NCBI GenBank assembly: GCA_963845535.1 | Contig: CAWJSK010000013.1 | Span: 32,001 to 96,000, forward strand | Direction: 5' to 3' | Length of the DNA stretch: 64,000 nt | DNA from: an uncultured Spirochaetota bacterium | GTDB lineage: Bacteria; Spirochaetota; Spirochaetia; SZUA-6; Fen-1364 | In this document: piece after piece, positions 18,918-29,180 of the stretch | How positions within the stretch are numbered: position 1 is the stretch's first letter | Layout of the letters: every line of letters begins with the position of its first letter | Notes under the pieces: generated by a model | The model's database searches: none | Told to the model about the DNA's origin: nothing | Seen by the model: the letters and a program-made list of their open reading frames with translations, nothing else | Position numbers and translations under genes: made by a program

Positions 18918-19706
18918 TCACGGACTTCGTACCGCGTAGCCAGCGTAACTGAGGGCAAGACTGTCGTGTGGAATCAATTTGAGTTTTTCCCCAAGTTGAT
19001 CTGCCGTGATATGCCCCTTTCTGTAGTTTCGAATCAGCCGAAGCGCTTGAAAGCAGCCCGTTCCCACCCGGGACCCTTGCATGTGCATGTTTCGAAGCTT
19101 GCATAGGCCCAGGGAGACCTTCAGTTCTTCCGGTGTTATGAACATCCGCCATACATGAAGGTTTTTCGGAGCAATCCGCGTGAGAACGCAATTCTGCGTG
19201 ATTTCAACGTATATCAAGCGGCTCGCTGCCGTTCTGTTTACCGTGTCGTAGAACAGAAGACCGCCTGGCTTCAAGACGCGGGATACCTCTTTCAAGACCG
19301 CTTTCCAATCAGGAATGTGTTCCAGAACATCGCAACACGCCACTGCGTCAAAGACTGATTCCTTGAATGGCAGGGCTTCCGCGGAGGCAACTCTATAGTC
19401 GATTCTCGGGGTCACCCGGCGCGCGTGCTCACGCGCTGTGGCGATTGAGGCCTTGGACGAATCGATTCCCGTTACGGAAAAGCCGAGTGCAGAGAGTTCC
19501 TCACTGAGCAAGCCGCCTCCGCACCCAACCTCCAGCAAGCTCATCCCGGAAGGTTGAAGCTTGTTTTCAATGATGACGCGCTTGAAATACCCAACGCGCC
19601 ACGGGTTGACCATGCTTCTCAGCAGATTGAAGTATCCGTTTTGACTCCACCAGAGGTGGGAGAAGCTGTCAAAAATCGAGTTGTCAGCAACAGCTCTGCG
19701 TTTCAA
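18918..19706 (-). CDS. UbiG-like SAM O-methyltransferase
   Basis: WW..G.F..L, NPWRVGYF, LLEVGCGGGLLSE, CCDVLEH, LKPGG. Confidence 0.85.
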   Translation of the reverse strand: MKRRAVADNSIFDSFSHLWWSQNGYFNLLRSMVNPWRVGYFKRVIIENKLQPSGMSLLEVGCGGGLLSEELSALGFSVTGIDSSKASIATAREHARRVTPRIDYRVASAEALPFKESVFDAVACCDVLEHIPDWKAVLKEVSRVLKPGGLLFYDTVNRTAASRLIYVEITQNCVLTRIAPKNLHVWRMFITPEELKVSLGLCKLRNMHMQGSRVGTGCFQALRLIRNYRKGHITADQLGEKLKLIPHDSLALSYAGYAVRSP

Positions 19707-19771
19707 TGTGCCCTCGCCGCAGCATACACGTGACTGTGGCCGTGCTCAACCGATTTCTCGGCTTGGCAGAC

Positions 19772-19858
19772 TTGGAGCGCAGCACCCGACCCACACGCTG
19801 GCGGAGAGGCCGTGCGCGCACCCTGGAGGCGCGGGGCGCGCCAGCGGCTGGCACGCCT
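19772..19858 (+). repeat. Structured repeat, copy E (central part)
   Basis: TTGGAGCGCAGCACCCGACCCACACGC..GAGAGGCCGTGCGCGCACCCTGGAGGCGC, near-identical to copy D. Confidence 0.75.
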
Positions 19859-19923
19859 TTGCCAGCCGTATCTTTCTATACATGTCGCTTGACGTGGAAG
19901 CCAATATGACCGAATTTGGTCTC

Positions 19924-20172
19924 ATGAAGACCATGACGATTTCCTACTTCAAGGCGCATATTTCTGAGCAACTCCGAAGGGTTAGGAAAGGAGCCCGAAT
20001 TGTCATCAGTGACCGGGACACACCTATCGCGGAAGTGGTGCCTTACAAGCCCCAGGCGTTGAGCCTGGTCATCCGAGCTCCCCTGGTCACACCGTTCAAG
20101 GCTCCGCGGGCATCTTTTCGGATTGATCATGACCCCCTGGAGTACCTGGAGGAAGAGAGACGGAAGAGATGA
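19924..20172 (+). CDS. Phd/YefM antitoxin
   Basis: MKTMTISYFKAHISEQLRRVRKGARIVISDRDTPIAEVVP; ATGACCGAATTTGGTCTCAT operator-like palindrome at the start. Confidence 0.88.
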   Translation: MKTMTISYFKAHISEQLRRVRKGARIVISDRDTPIAEVVPYKPQALSLVIRAPLVTPFKAPRASFRIDHDPLEYLEEERRKR

Positions 20173-20582
20173 GGGCTTACGTCGATTCGTCCGTAGTCCT
20201 GCAAAGCATCCTCAACGCCGATCCAGTGCTGGACGGCGTGAGCCCTTCTGACTCCCTGGGCTCCAGCGAGCTCCTTGCCATTGAATGTCACAGGGTTCTG
20301 CAGCGAGAAAGAATGGCATCCCATCTGGACGACCAACAGTACGCAGAGTCTGTAAGCCTGCTGGAGACTATTCTCGAACGGCTCTACCTGATCGAAATGG
20401 GACCGGTAGTCAAGCAGCGCGCCGCTGGTCCATTCCCTACCGTGATCGGAACGCTGGACGCAATCCACCTGGCAACCGCGCTGCTCTGGGCAGAAACGCA
20501 GCCAGGCGCCCAGTTGTCGGTTCTCACCCGGGACAGGCAGTTGGCGCTGTGCGCTAGATCCCTTGGCCTTCGCGCTCCCTGA
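20169..20582 (+). CDS. vapC: VapC PIN toxin
   Basis: YVDSSVV, IEC, GTLDAIHLATA, LTRDRQL. Confidence 0.9.
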   Translation: MRAYVDSSVVLQSILNADPVLDGVSPSDSLGSSELLAIECHRVLQRERMASHLDDQQYAESVSLLETILERLYLIEMGPVVKQRAAGPFPTVIGTLDAIHLATALLWAETQPGAQLSVLTRDRQLALCARSLGLRAP

Positions 20583-20762
20583 GCAAGGAAATTGTCCTCT
20601 CGGCCGCCTTTCAGATAAGACCGCATTGCAGGATTGGCAGGAGGACTCATTCAGGAGTCGCATGAAGACTGATCTGTGCTGCAACCCTACCGCACAAACC
20701 CCGAAACGTTGTTCGCAACCCAATCACCGAATGTCCACGCAGGTTTTCCCGTGATCTGCTCC

Positions 20763-20795
20763 ACCTACCCCGAATTTTGTGGACACAAGGTTAGG
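20763..20795 (+). mobile_element. Possible isolated IS3-family end remnant
   Basis: ACCTACCCCGAATTTTGTGGACAC resembles IS3-type IRs (from recall). No transposase nearby. Confidence 0.3.
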
Positions 20796-20884
20796 CAGTA
20801 TTTTCGAGGGGTAGCTAAAGGACATGGGTGAACCAAGGGCCCACAGCGCAGAGAAGATGGCGGGAAACTCGATAGGAGCTTTGG

Positions 20885-21487
20885 ATGGGCAAGCTGGTAT
20901 ACGTGATGAATACATCACTCGACGGATATGTCGAGGACAGTGCCGGAAAATTCGAATGGACGACACCGGACGAGGAAGTCTTTCTGGCCATCAGCGACAT
21001 AGTGCGAGCCGCAGGAACATATCTCTACGGACGCCGAATGTATGAGACGATGGTCTGCTGGGATTCAAGCGCTGCGTTCGAGCGCGCAACTGGACAGCCC
21101 CTCGATGGTCAACCCGCTCCCACAAGGGATTTCGCGAAAATGTGGCAGGCAGCGGACAAGATCGTCTATTCCCAAACCCTGGAGAGGGTTGCTACCGCAA
21201 GAACCCAGCTTCGCAGCAAGTTCGACACGCAAGAGATTGGCAACCTCAAATCGCAAACGAACCGCGATATTACGATTGGAGGCCCACACCTCGCCGCCGC
21301 TGCGATTCGGGCTGACCTGATCGATGAATACAATCTCTTTGTGGTTCCAATTGTGGTAGGAAAGGGCAAGAGCATGTTCTCAAACGAAGTGAGCATGTCG
21401 CTTGATTTCTTGGACGAACGCCATTACAAGAGCGGCGTAGTGAGGCTCCGCTACCGCCGCCGGGAAAGGGGGAAATCCGGCCAGTAA
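20885..21487 (+). CDS. Dihydrofolate reductase / RibD C-terminal family protein
   Basis: NTSLDGYV, YGRRMYE, IGGPHLA, DLIDEY..PIVVGKG. Confidence 0.9.
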   Translation: MGKLVYVMNTSLDGYVEDSAGKFEWTTPDEEVFLAISDIVRAAGTYLYGRRMYETMVCWDSSAAFERATGQPLDGQPAPTRDFAKMWQAADKIVYSQTLERVATARTQLRSKFDTQEIGNLKSQTNRDITIGGPHLAAAAIRADLIDEYNLFVVPIVVGKGKSMFSNEVSMSLDFLDERHYKSGVVRLRYRRRERGKSGQ

Positions 21488-21552
21488 GGAAACTCCACCC
21501 GACCCGCCCGGCGAGTACGCCGCACGGAGCACGCCTCCAAGAGTGTCAGCTC

Positions 21553-21711
21553 TCTGAGCAACTCCGAAAGGTTAGGAAAGGAGCCCCGAATCGTCAACAG
21601 TGACCGGGACACACCTATTGCGGAAGTGATTCGTTACAAGCCCCAGGCGTCGAGCCTGGTAATCCGAGCTCCCCTGGTCACACCGTTCAAGGCTCCGCGG
21701 GCATCTTTTCG
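21553..21711 (+). pseudogene. Duplicated internal fragment of the Phd antitoxin (19963-20120)
   Basis: About 160 nt of high identity, direct orientation. Confidence 0.9.
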
Positions 21712-21789
21712 CCGGGGGCGAGGCGGTGCGTGCACCCTGAAGACGCAGCGGCGGCCGGCGGCCGTGCGTTCGTGTGGGGCACGCCCAGC
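21710..21789 (+). repeat. Structured repeat, copy F (3' half; 5' piece at 21496-21510)
   Basis: CGCCGGGGGCGAGGCGGTGCGTGCACCCTG..CGTGTGGGGCACGCCCAGC. Confidence 0.75.
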
Positions 21790-21856
21790 AGCGCCTTCCG
21801 TGATGTTGGCTGCAAATGGCAAAGCGCTGTAGACTGTCGCAAGCGGAGACAAAATC

Positions 21857-21975
21857 GTGGACAGCCAGACGCTGCGCTATTATGAAAGCTACGCGGAAGA
21901 AGCGGCGCGCCGGTACGAGGGAGCGGAGGCGGGCATCGCGTCCTTGTTCCCGTTTGCATTCCAGAGTGGGGAGGG
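21857..21975 (+). pseudogene. SAM-dependent methyltransferase N-terminal fragment
   Basis: MDSQTLRYYESYAEEAARRYEGA..FAFQSG, then loses protein-like character. Confidence 0.5.
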
Positions 21976-22151
21976 GGTTGGGAGAAGGCGCTTTTTGGCG
22001 GGTTCCCGGAGGCAGTCGAATACACCGCTTCCGCCAGGGGCGCGGAGAGGTGGGAGCTGGGATAGACGCATAGTCAGACTGGAGCCCACCTCTGGCGTGT
22101 AGTCAAGCGTAATGGCGCTTCCGCTCGTTATTGGGCGGAGGAGCCCGAGAA

Positions 22152-22433
22152 ATGAGAGTCCAGATTACAAGCCATACGTTGCAACGCGCGCGTGAGAGAG
22201 GGGCTAACGAATCCGAAATCAGGGAGGTTTTGGAGTCTGGGTCCCCAACGCCGGTAAAATACGGCACGCCAGGCAAGGCAAAGGTCTTCGACTACAACGG
22301 TTATCGATCTGGGAGGTGGTATTCGCAGAAAAGAGTCGAGGTGTATTTCGCCATCGAAGGGGATGTCATCTCGACCATAACTGTGTATGTTTTCTATGGC
22401 AAATGGGAGTCTCCACATGAAAATCGAATATGA
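22152..22433 (+). CDS. DUF4258-like putative RelE-fold toxin
   Basis: ITSHTLQRARERG..EIREVL..TITVY. Confidence 0.75.
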   Translation: MRVQITSHTLQRARERGANESEIREVLESGSPTPVKYGTPGKAKVFDYNGYRSGRWYSQKRVEVYFAIEGDVISTITVYVFYGKWESPHENRI

Positions 22434-22614
22434 CGAGCAGGCAGACCTTTTGTACCTACGCCTTGATCCCCGCCCGCAAGAGGTCATGAACAAAAGAGTT
22501 ACAGAAGATATTGTCCTGGATGTCGGCAAAGAGGACAAAATTGTTGGCATCGAGATTATGAATGCCTCAAAGAACTTGGATCTGGCACAGGTCGGATTCG
22601 AGAAAGTGGGCTAA
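22417..22614 (+). CDS. DUF2283 protein, putative antitoxin
   Basis: MKIEYDEQADLLYLRL..DIVLD..IVGIEIMNAS. Confidence 0.88.
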   Translation: MKIEYDEQADLLYLRLDPRPQEVMNKRVTEDIVLDVGKEDKIVGIEIMNASKNLDLAQVGFEKVG

Positions 22615-22628
22615 GCGGGCGAGAACAG

Positions 22629-22712
22629 ACGGTGCTTCAGCCTGCCGTGCGGCTCCTTGAAGGCGCGCATGGTTCCCGGAGGCCGGCCCAATCCTGATCA
22701 TCAAGGACGGCT
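22629..22712 (+). pseudogene. Duplicated fragment of the vWA gene 3' region (38599-38683)
   Basis: ACGGTGCTTCAGCCTGCCGTGCGGCTCCTTGAAGG...GGCCGGCCCAATCCTGATCATCA at both sites. Confidence 0.9.
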
Positions 22713-22714
22713 CA

Positions 22715-23404
22715 CTATCGCGCGAAATTGTATCCGCTGCGACGAACAGTGCGTATGAAAGACTTCCCTCCGCAGCTCAGTTTCCGCCGCAGATGGGCGA
22801 TATGAACGTCGACAGTCCGGGTAGACAGGATCGTATCGTAGCCCCACACGACGTCCAGAAGGGTCTGCCGATCGATGGTTTGCCCCTTGTGCTGCACAAG
22901 GTGGGACAGGAGAGCGAACTCCATCGACGTGAGAGGGATCACATGATCTTCTCTCGAAAGGCGCCGTTCCTTGAGGTCCAGCTGAAAGGGCCCAAACTCA
23001 TAGCAGCTATCCGAAGCGCAACTGACCTTCGAATTCGTGCGGCGCAGCAGAGCTTCCAGCCGGGCGAGAAGCTCGACAACGGCAAAAGGCTTTGTCAGAT
23101 AGTCGTCGGCGCCCGCCTTGAGGCCCCGGACCCGGTCGGGCACCGCCGCGAGCACCGTGAGCATGATGATCGGGGTGGTGAGGCCCTGAGCCCGGATTCG
23201 AGAACAGACCTCGAAGCCGTCCACCAGGGGCAGATTGGCGTCAAGCACGATGACGTCGTAGTGCGTCGTGAGGATTGCCGTGACCGCTTCCGCGCCATCC
23301 GAGCGATGATCGACGCGGAACCCTTCCCACACAAGGCGATCCATCAGGGGGCCGGCGATGTCCTGCTCGTCCTCGACCAGGAGAAGACGATCACGGTGCG
23401 GCAT
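22715..23404 (-). CDS. OmpR-family response regulator
   Basis: LLLVEDE, VLD, GADDYLTKPF, RTVDVHIAHLRRKL. Confidence 0.92.
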   Translation of the reverse strand: MPHRDRLLLVEDEQDIAGPLMDRLVWEGFRVDHRSDGAEAVTAILTTHYDVIVLDANLPLVDGFEVCSRIRAQGLTTPIIMLTVLAAVPDRVRGLKAGADDYLTKPFAVVELLARLEALLRRTNSKVSCASDSCYEFGPFQLDLKERRLSREDHVIPLTSMEFALLSHLVQHKGQTIDRQTLLDVVWGYDTILSTRTVDVHIAHLRRKLSCGGKSFIRTVRRSGYNFAR

Positions 23405-24634
23405 CGCGGAAATCCTCCTTGCGGAGCGCCCAGTCGGGCTTGCGGTCCATCCTGGGGTTGGTGTCATCGCTGTAGGGAAGGAGCAATCGGAACACGCACC
23501 CCTGGGTTTCCGGCCGTTTCACAAAAGGTTCGGTCACCTGGATCAGCGGCCGCTCTTCGGTGTGCTTCGGCGCGGTTTCCCGGTAGTCAAAAAGGATGAA
23601 GGCGCCCCGCGACCACAATCGCAGCACTCCGGCATGATGTCGCACCGCACGGCGGACGAGGTACAGTCCGACGCCCTCCGAAGTAGCCTGGTAGATGGTC
23701 CGCGGCGCAAAATGACTCGGCGATTCCGCGCTGCGCTGTGAGCTGGCGCGGTACGACATGCCGTCGTGGTAGAACTTGCCGAGGCTTGGTTTGGCGACTC
23801 CTTCTGCCGCGTCGTGGTAGAACTCGCCGAGGCTCGGCTTTGAGCCCGGCCGGTCAGCTGGAAGACGGTCTGCAATCGAGAGGGATCGATGCCAGGACCA
23901 TGATCGCGGACCACGAGATTGACGTGCCGCCTGTTGGACATCTCTTCCTGCCGGGCGCCGATGACGATTCTGTTTCCCTCCCGGCCGTTGTGGATGGCGT
24001 TGATGAGAAGGTTGTGCAGCGCCTCGAACAGCAAAGTGAAAGAGCCGGGGAAGAGGGGAAGGTCCGGGGCAACGCGTAAGAACACGATCGCGCCTCGGCG
24101 GTCCGCCTCACTGCGGGCCGTGTTCAGCACGTCGTCAATCAACGCGGGAATATCAACCTTCTCCACGGTCGTGGCCTCGGCCGGCTGGGTCCCGCTGCTT
24201 GTGACGGCGTGGGAGAGGATCTCCTCCACGGCGGAGGCCAGTCGCTTGGATTCCCGACAGACGATGTCCCCGTAGTTGCGCACGTGCTCACGACTACTGA
24301 TGATTCCCCCTGCCATGTTCTCCCCGACCGACTGGAGCGCGGAAAGAGGGCTTTTCAGCTCATGGGCAGCAGCCATAAGGATTTCCCGCTGCCGTCGAGC
24401 CACTTCGCGGTGGTACACACTGCGCGCCTCAGCAGCGACAAACAGCAGAACCAGGATGGACAACGCGACTGCAGAGGGCACCAAAGGGACCGTCGCTGTT
24501 GGTCCGGTCTCTCCGTCGTCGCTTGCCCGGCCTCGGTCCATCGGCGCAAGGACGAACGTGACAACAAGGAAGATCACGCACAGCGCAACGAGCAACCGCA
24601 CAATCACCAGCAGGGGGAAGGGGTCTTTGGTCAC
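23391..24634 (-). pseudogene. Sensor histidine kinase, frameshifted at an internal duplication near 23.8 kb
   Basis: AHELKSPL, NLLINAI, VRDHGPGI; the G2 box EGVGLYLVRR is in a different frame. Confidence 0.75.
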
Positions 24635-25084
24635 CGGATCAGTATAGCATAGGACTTCGGCGGCTCATTACGCCGGGCTGCTGCCGCACTGCAATTTTAC
24701 ATTCGTAACATTCCACGCGCCTTTGTCGGCCCAAATTTTACATACCGGAAACCACCGACAGTCGAAATCCTCGTAGGATGCTGACGAGCTCTTGCAATGC
24801 CGGACCCAGTTGGTCGCTGACGGGCCTCTATTTGCAGGACGCTCCGCACCGGCCCCACCGGGGGAGAGTTGTCAAGCTCTCTCTCCTCCCGGGGGGCCTC
24901 ATTAGAATCGCGCCGTTCAACCGAGACGCCAAGGCTGGCGCCGGTAGCGAGATGCCCTCGCCGAGCGGGGGCTGACCCGTTCGATCCCGCGGCAGAGGAG
25001 GTCATGCCTATGAGCTGAAAGCAAGGGTCCAGGTTTTCGATCGTTCGTCGTTTCTGCACAAAAAAACTTGAGGAGGAGACAAGA

Positions 25085-25876
25085 ATGAACGAGAAGAGTC
25101 TTGGAAGAGAGGTAATCGGCGAGATTTTCGGGACATTCATCCTGATTGTCCTGGGCGACGGCGTCGTCGCCAACGTGGGACTCGCCCCCCGCGCGCTCTT
25201 CAGCGGATGGTATTGGGTCACTGTGGGATGGGCAATGGCCGTCATCATCGCTGTTTATATCAGCGGCGGCGTGTCGGGCGCGCATCTGAACCCGGCTGTC
25301 ACCATCGGGTTGGCGGTGAAGCGCGGCTTTCCAGCAAAGAAGATATTGCCCTTCATTCTTGCGCAGTTGGTAGGCGCTTTCCTCGGTGCCCTGGTCGTGT
25401 ACCTGTGCTACCGTGACGGCCTGCAGGCTGCCGGAATGCCCAACGTGTGGACATCCGGTCCTGGCTCTGTATTCGGGCAAACCTATTGGAACGGCGGAGT
25501 CCACGAAGCCCTCGGCGACTACAGCCTGATCACCGCATGCATTACCGAGGTTGTCGGCACAATGATGCTGCTATTAGCAGTCCTGGCGTCCGGAGACTCC
25601 AAGAACATGGGTCTTATGCACAACCTGGCTCCGATGCTTGTCGGCGGCGTCGTTCTCGCTGTCGGTCTCTCCCTGGGCGGGCCCAGCGGTTATGCCATCA
25701 ACCCCGCTCGTGACTTCGGACCGCGTCTTTTCGGGTTGATCGCCGGCACGAAGGGCTTGTTCGACGGAATCTATTGGCTGGTTGCTCCGATTATCTCCCC
25801 GATCATTGGGGGCGTCCTCGGCGTACTTTTCTACGACTGGTTCATCACGCCCGCTTTCAAGAACAAAGCGGCGTAG
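25085..25876 (+). CDS. glpF: Glycerol uptake facilitator (MIP)
   Basis: [10 protein letters not shown] and [15 protein letters not shown] motifs. Confidence 0.95.
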   Translation: MNEKSLGREVIGEIFGTFILIVLGDGVVANVGLAPRALFSGWYWVTVGWAMAVIIAVYISGGVSGAHLNPAVTIGLAVKRGFPAKKILPFILAQLVGAFLGALVVYLCYRDGLQAAGMPNVWTSGPGSVFGQTYWNGGVHEALGDYSLITACITEVVGTMMLLLAVLASGDSKNMGLMHNLAPMLVGGVVLAVGLSLGGPSGYAINPARDFGPRLFGLIAGTKGLFDGIYWLVAPIISPIIGGVLGVLFYDWFITPAFKNKAA

Positions 25877-25907
25877 CAAGATCACGGTCACTGTGGCGAG
25901 CTTTCCG

Positions 25908-25935
25908 GTCGGCAGATAGCGAGCTATCTGCCGAC
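25908..25935. repeat. Perfect 13-bp hairpin between glpF and glpK
   Basis: GTCGGCAGATAGC-GA-GCTATCTGCCGAC. Confidence 0.7.
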
Positions 25936-25965
25936 TCTGTTTCACGCAGGCAAAGGAGCGGAATC

Positions 25966-27460
25966 ATGGCGAAATACGTAGCAGCAGTAGATCAAGGGAC
26001 GACGAGCACACGGTTTATGGTCTTCGACCATAGCGGCAAGGTGGTCGCTGTCGAGCAGAAGGAGCATGAGCAGATCTATCCCAAGCCGGGTTGGGTCGAG
26101 CACAACGCAATAGAAGTCTGGGAGCGCACGCAGGATGTCATCAAAGGCGTGCTGAAAAAAGTGAACGTGAAGGACATCGCTGCGGTTGGTGTGACCAACC
26201 AGCGCGAAACAACGGTGGTGTGGGAGAAGGCCACGGGCAAGCCGGTGCACAACGCGATTGTGTGGCAGGATACCCGAACGGTCACCATCTGCAACGAGCT
26301 CAGCAAGGATGGAGGGCAGAACCGGTTCCGCGAGAAGGTTGGCCTGCCCATCGACACCTATTTCTCCGGGCCGAAGATCAAGTGGATCTTGGACAACGTT
26401 CCGGGGGTTCGTGCAAAAGCGGAAAAGGGCGAAGTTCTTTTCGGCAACATGGACACCTGGGTGATCTGGAATCTCACGGGCGGACCCAAGGGCGGAGTGC
26501 ACGTCACTGACGTCTCCAACGCTTCGCGCACCATGTTGATGAACCTGAACACCCTGGACTGGGATGACGAGATGCTGCAGGTCATCGGCGTGCCCAGGGC
26601 GATGCTGCCCAAGGTCATGCCCTCCAGCGCCAAGTACGGAACGGCTGTCGGGGATCTGGCAGGCATTCCTGTTGCTGGGGACCTGGGTGACCAGCAGGCA
26701 GCGCTCTTCGGACAGACCTGCTTCAGCCCCGGTGAGTCCAAGAACACGTACGGCACAGGGTGTTTCATGCTGCTCAACACAGGTAATAAACCCGTTCAGT
26801 CCCGGAACGGTCTCTTGACCACGTTGGGCTACAAGATCGGGGACCAACCCGCAGTGTACTGCCTCGAGGGCTCCATCGCCATTACCGGAGCCCTGGTACA
26901 GTGGATTCGCGACAACTTGGGACTGATTTCCAAGTCATCCGAGATCGAAGCGCTGGCCAAGACAGTGGATGACAACGGAGGCATCTTCTTCGTTCCAGCG
27001 TTCTCGGGTCTGTACGCCCCATACTGGAAAAGCGATGCGCGCGGCGTCATCGTCGGTCTCACACGCTACATCAACAAGGGGCATCTGGCCCGCGCGGTGC
27101 TTGAAGCCACAGCCTTCCAGACGCGGGAGGTTCTGGATGCGATGAACAAGGATTCGGGGGTCGCCCTTACCGCTCTCAAGGTGGACGGAGGCATGGTGTT
27201 CAACGAGCTTCTCATGCAGTTCCAGTCCGACATCCTGGGCGTGCCTGTCATCCGACCGACCGTGGCGGAGACGACTGCCCTCGGTGCCGCGTATGCGGCA
27301 GGGCTTGCAGCTAGGCTTCTGGGGCAAGGTGGAAGACCTGCGGGCCAACTGGGGCAAGGACCGTGAATGGCAGCCCAAGATGGATGCATCGCATCGAGAA
27401 AAGCAGTACAAGCTCTGGAAGAAGGCCGTGACACGCGCGTTCGACTGGGTCGAGGCCTGA
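25966..27460 (+). CDS. glpK: Glycerol kinase; +1 frameshift near 27312
   Basis: [38 protein letters not shown]. Shifted frame [23 protein letters not shown]. Confidence 0.93.
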
Positions 27461-27480
27461 GACAATAGAAATCGAGCTCA

Positions 27481-27526
27481 GGGGAGGGAAGGCAGCGGGG
27501 TTCCCGATGGCCTTCCCTTCCGCCCC
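27481..27526 (+). terminator. Stem-loop after glpK
   Basis: GGGGAGGGAAGGC...GCCTTCCCTTCCGCCCC; no strong U-tract. Confidence 0.45.
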
Positions 27527-27687
27527 AGTTCTCGCGGACCGCGGTGCAGTCTGATACGGCGGCCGTGTCGCGTGACCGGCCACCAAAATCTTTCAGAGTC
27601 GCCCCCAATACGCCGATAGCTTCGCGCTTTCCGTTTGGCGCAGGCGCACGTTTACACTGTGCCTCTCGAGCATCTGCGCCACTGCTT

Positions 27688-27740
27688 GAGATAACGAATG
27701 CCTCGAAAAACTTGGATCTGGCACAGGTCGGATTGGGAAG
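27688..27740 (+). pseudogene. Duplicated 3' end of the DUF2283 gene (22552-22604)
   Basis: GAATGCCTC.AA.AACTTGGATCTGGCACAGGTCGGATT at both sites. Confidence 0.85.
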
Positions 27741-27916
27741 ACTGTCACTTCGTCAACTCTTAGCGACAAACCTCGCCGTGATTTCCGTGACCCTGTTCTT
27801 CGCCGATACTCTTCGATGGCGACACCAAATGAGCGGCATCCGGCTGCTCGGAAAGGTTGCAATCAGCCGGGCCACGGACTTGCATTTGGACGGTCCATCG
27901 CTTACGATTGGCCGCA

Positions 27917-29164
27917 GTGGACAGACGGAGCCTTCATCCCCGTTTCGCGGAATCGCGTCTCGTGGAGGCGCTCTCGGACACGCCTGTGGTCCTCATCCAC
28001 GGGCCGCGTCAGTGCGGCAAGACCACACTGGCCCGGATGGTCGGAGACCCGCGGGGGTACGCCTACTTCTCCTTTGATGACCAGGTTGCCCTTGAAGCGG
28101 CGCGGGCGGACCCAGCCGGGTTTGTGGCAGACCTTCCTGAGCGCAGCATCCTGGACGAAGTGCAAAAGGTCCCGACGCTCTTCCCCGCGCTCAAGACGGC
28201 CGTAGACCGGGGTCGTGTGCCGGGCCGTTTCCTGCTCACGGGATCTGCCAACGTGCTCCTCGCACCCAGGCTCTCGGAATCCCTTGCCGGCCGCATGGAG
28301 ATCCTGCGCCTGCACCCGCTTGCGCAGTGCGAGCTGGCGGGGAAGAAGCCCCGGTTTCTGGAGGCTCTTTTCAGCGCCGGCTTCAAGACGCGAACGGCGG
28401 ACCGGCTGGGGCAGGCTCTGGCGGAGCGCATTGTCGCCGGCGGGTATCCCCCTGCGCTTGATCGCGCCACGTCGCGCCGACGGTTCGCGTGGTACAGGGA
28501 CTACATCGAGACCATCGTCCAGCGGGACCTCCGCGACCTGGCGCGCATCCGAAGCCTGGACGCGTTGCCCCGTCTTTTATCGCTGTCAGCAGGCCAGACG
28601 GCGCGACTGCTCAACGTGAGTGACCTCGCCGGACCGTTCCATGTGAGCCGCCCGACCATTCGAGACTACGTGACCCTGCTGGAGCAGGTCTTTCTCATAG
28701 AGGAGCTGCAGCCTTGGCATACCAACCGCATAAGCAGGCTCATCAAGACCCCGAAGCTCCATGTCGGAGACACCGGCCTGGCCTGCGCGCTTCTTGACGC
28801 TGACGCAGCCACGCTCGTGGGAGATCGGAGTCTCCTTGGCCAGCTCCTGGAGACCTTCGTCTTCCAGGAGCTGCGCCGGCAGGCGAGCTGGCATGATAGG
28901 GACATCCGCTTTCAGCATTACCGCGACAAGGACGGCGCCGAGGTGGACATCGTGCTGGAGCAGGGTTCGCGGCATCTCGCAGGGATAGAGGTCAAGGCAG
29001 CGGCCACAGTGACGTCAGCGGACTTCCGCGGCCTGCGCAGGCTCAAGGCAGCCGCGGGAGGCCGCTTTGTCGCTGGGGCAGTGCTCTATGACGGCGAATC
29101 CAGCGTAAGCTTCGGCGACGGGTTGTTCGCAGTTCCGATCCGTTCTCTTTGGGAGACTCTATAA
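27917..29164 (+). CDS. AAA_14 ATPase with DUF4143 and PD-(D/E)xK C-terminus
   Basis: GPRQCGKTT, ILDEVQ, LLTGS, KTPKLHVGDTG, EVD..IEVK. Confidence 0.92.
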   Translation: MDRRSLHPRFAESRLVEALSDTPVVLIHGPRQCGKTTLARMVGDPRGYAYFSFDDQVALEAARADPAGFVADLPERSILDEVQKVPTLFPALKTAVDRGRVPGRFLLTGSANVLLAPRLSESLAGRMEILRLHPLAQCELAGKKPRFLEALFSAGFKTRTADRLGQALAERIVAGGYPPALDRATSRRRFAWYRDYIETIVQRDLRDLARIRSLDALPRLLSLSAGQTARLLNVSDLAGPFHVSRPTIRDYVTLLEQVFLIEELQPWHTNRISRLIKTPKLHVGDTGLACALLDADAATLVGDRSLLGQLLETFVFQELRRQASWHDRDIRFQHYRDKDGAEVDIVLEQGSRHLAGIEVKAAATVTSADFRGLRRLKAAAGGRFVAGAVLYDGESSVSFGDGLFAVPIRSLWETL

Positions 29165-29180
29165 ACGCACGCGTCGATAT

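Noticed and set aside
22629..22712. DGR template/variable repeat pair with 38599-38683
   Set aside because: No reverse transcriptase in the window, and the differences include non-adenine changes and an indel.
24930..25030. tRNA or riboswitch upstream of glpF (GTTCGATCC)
   Set aside because: No cloverleaf or recognisable aptamer could be built by eye; an Rfam scan would be needed.
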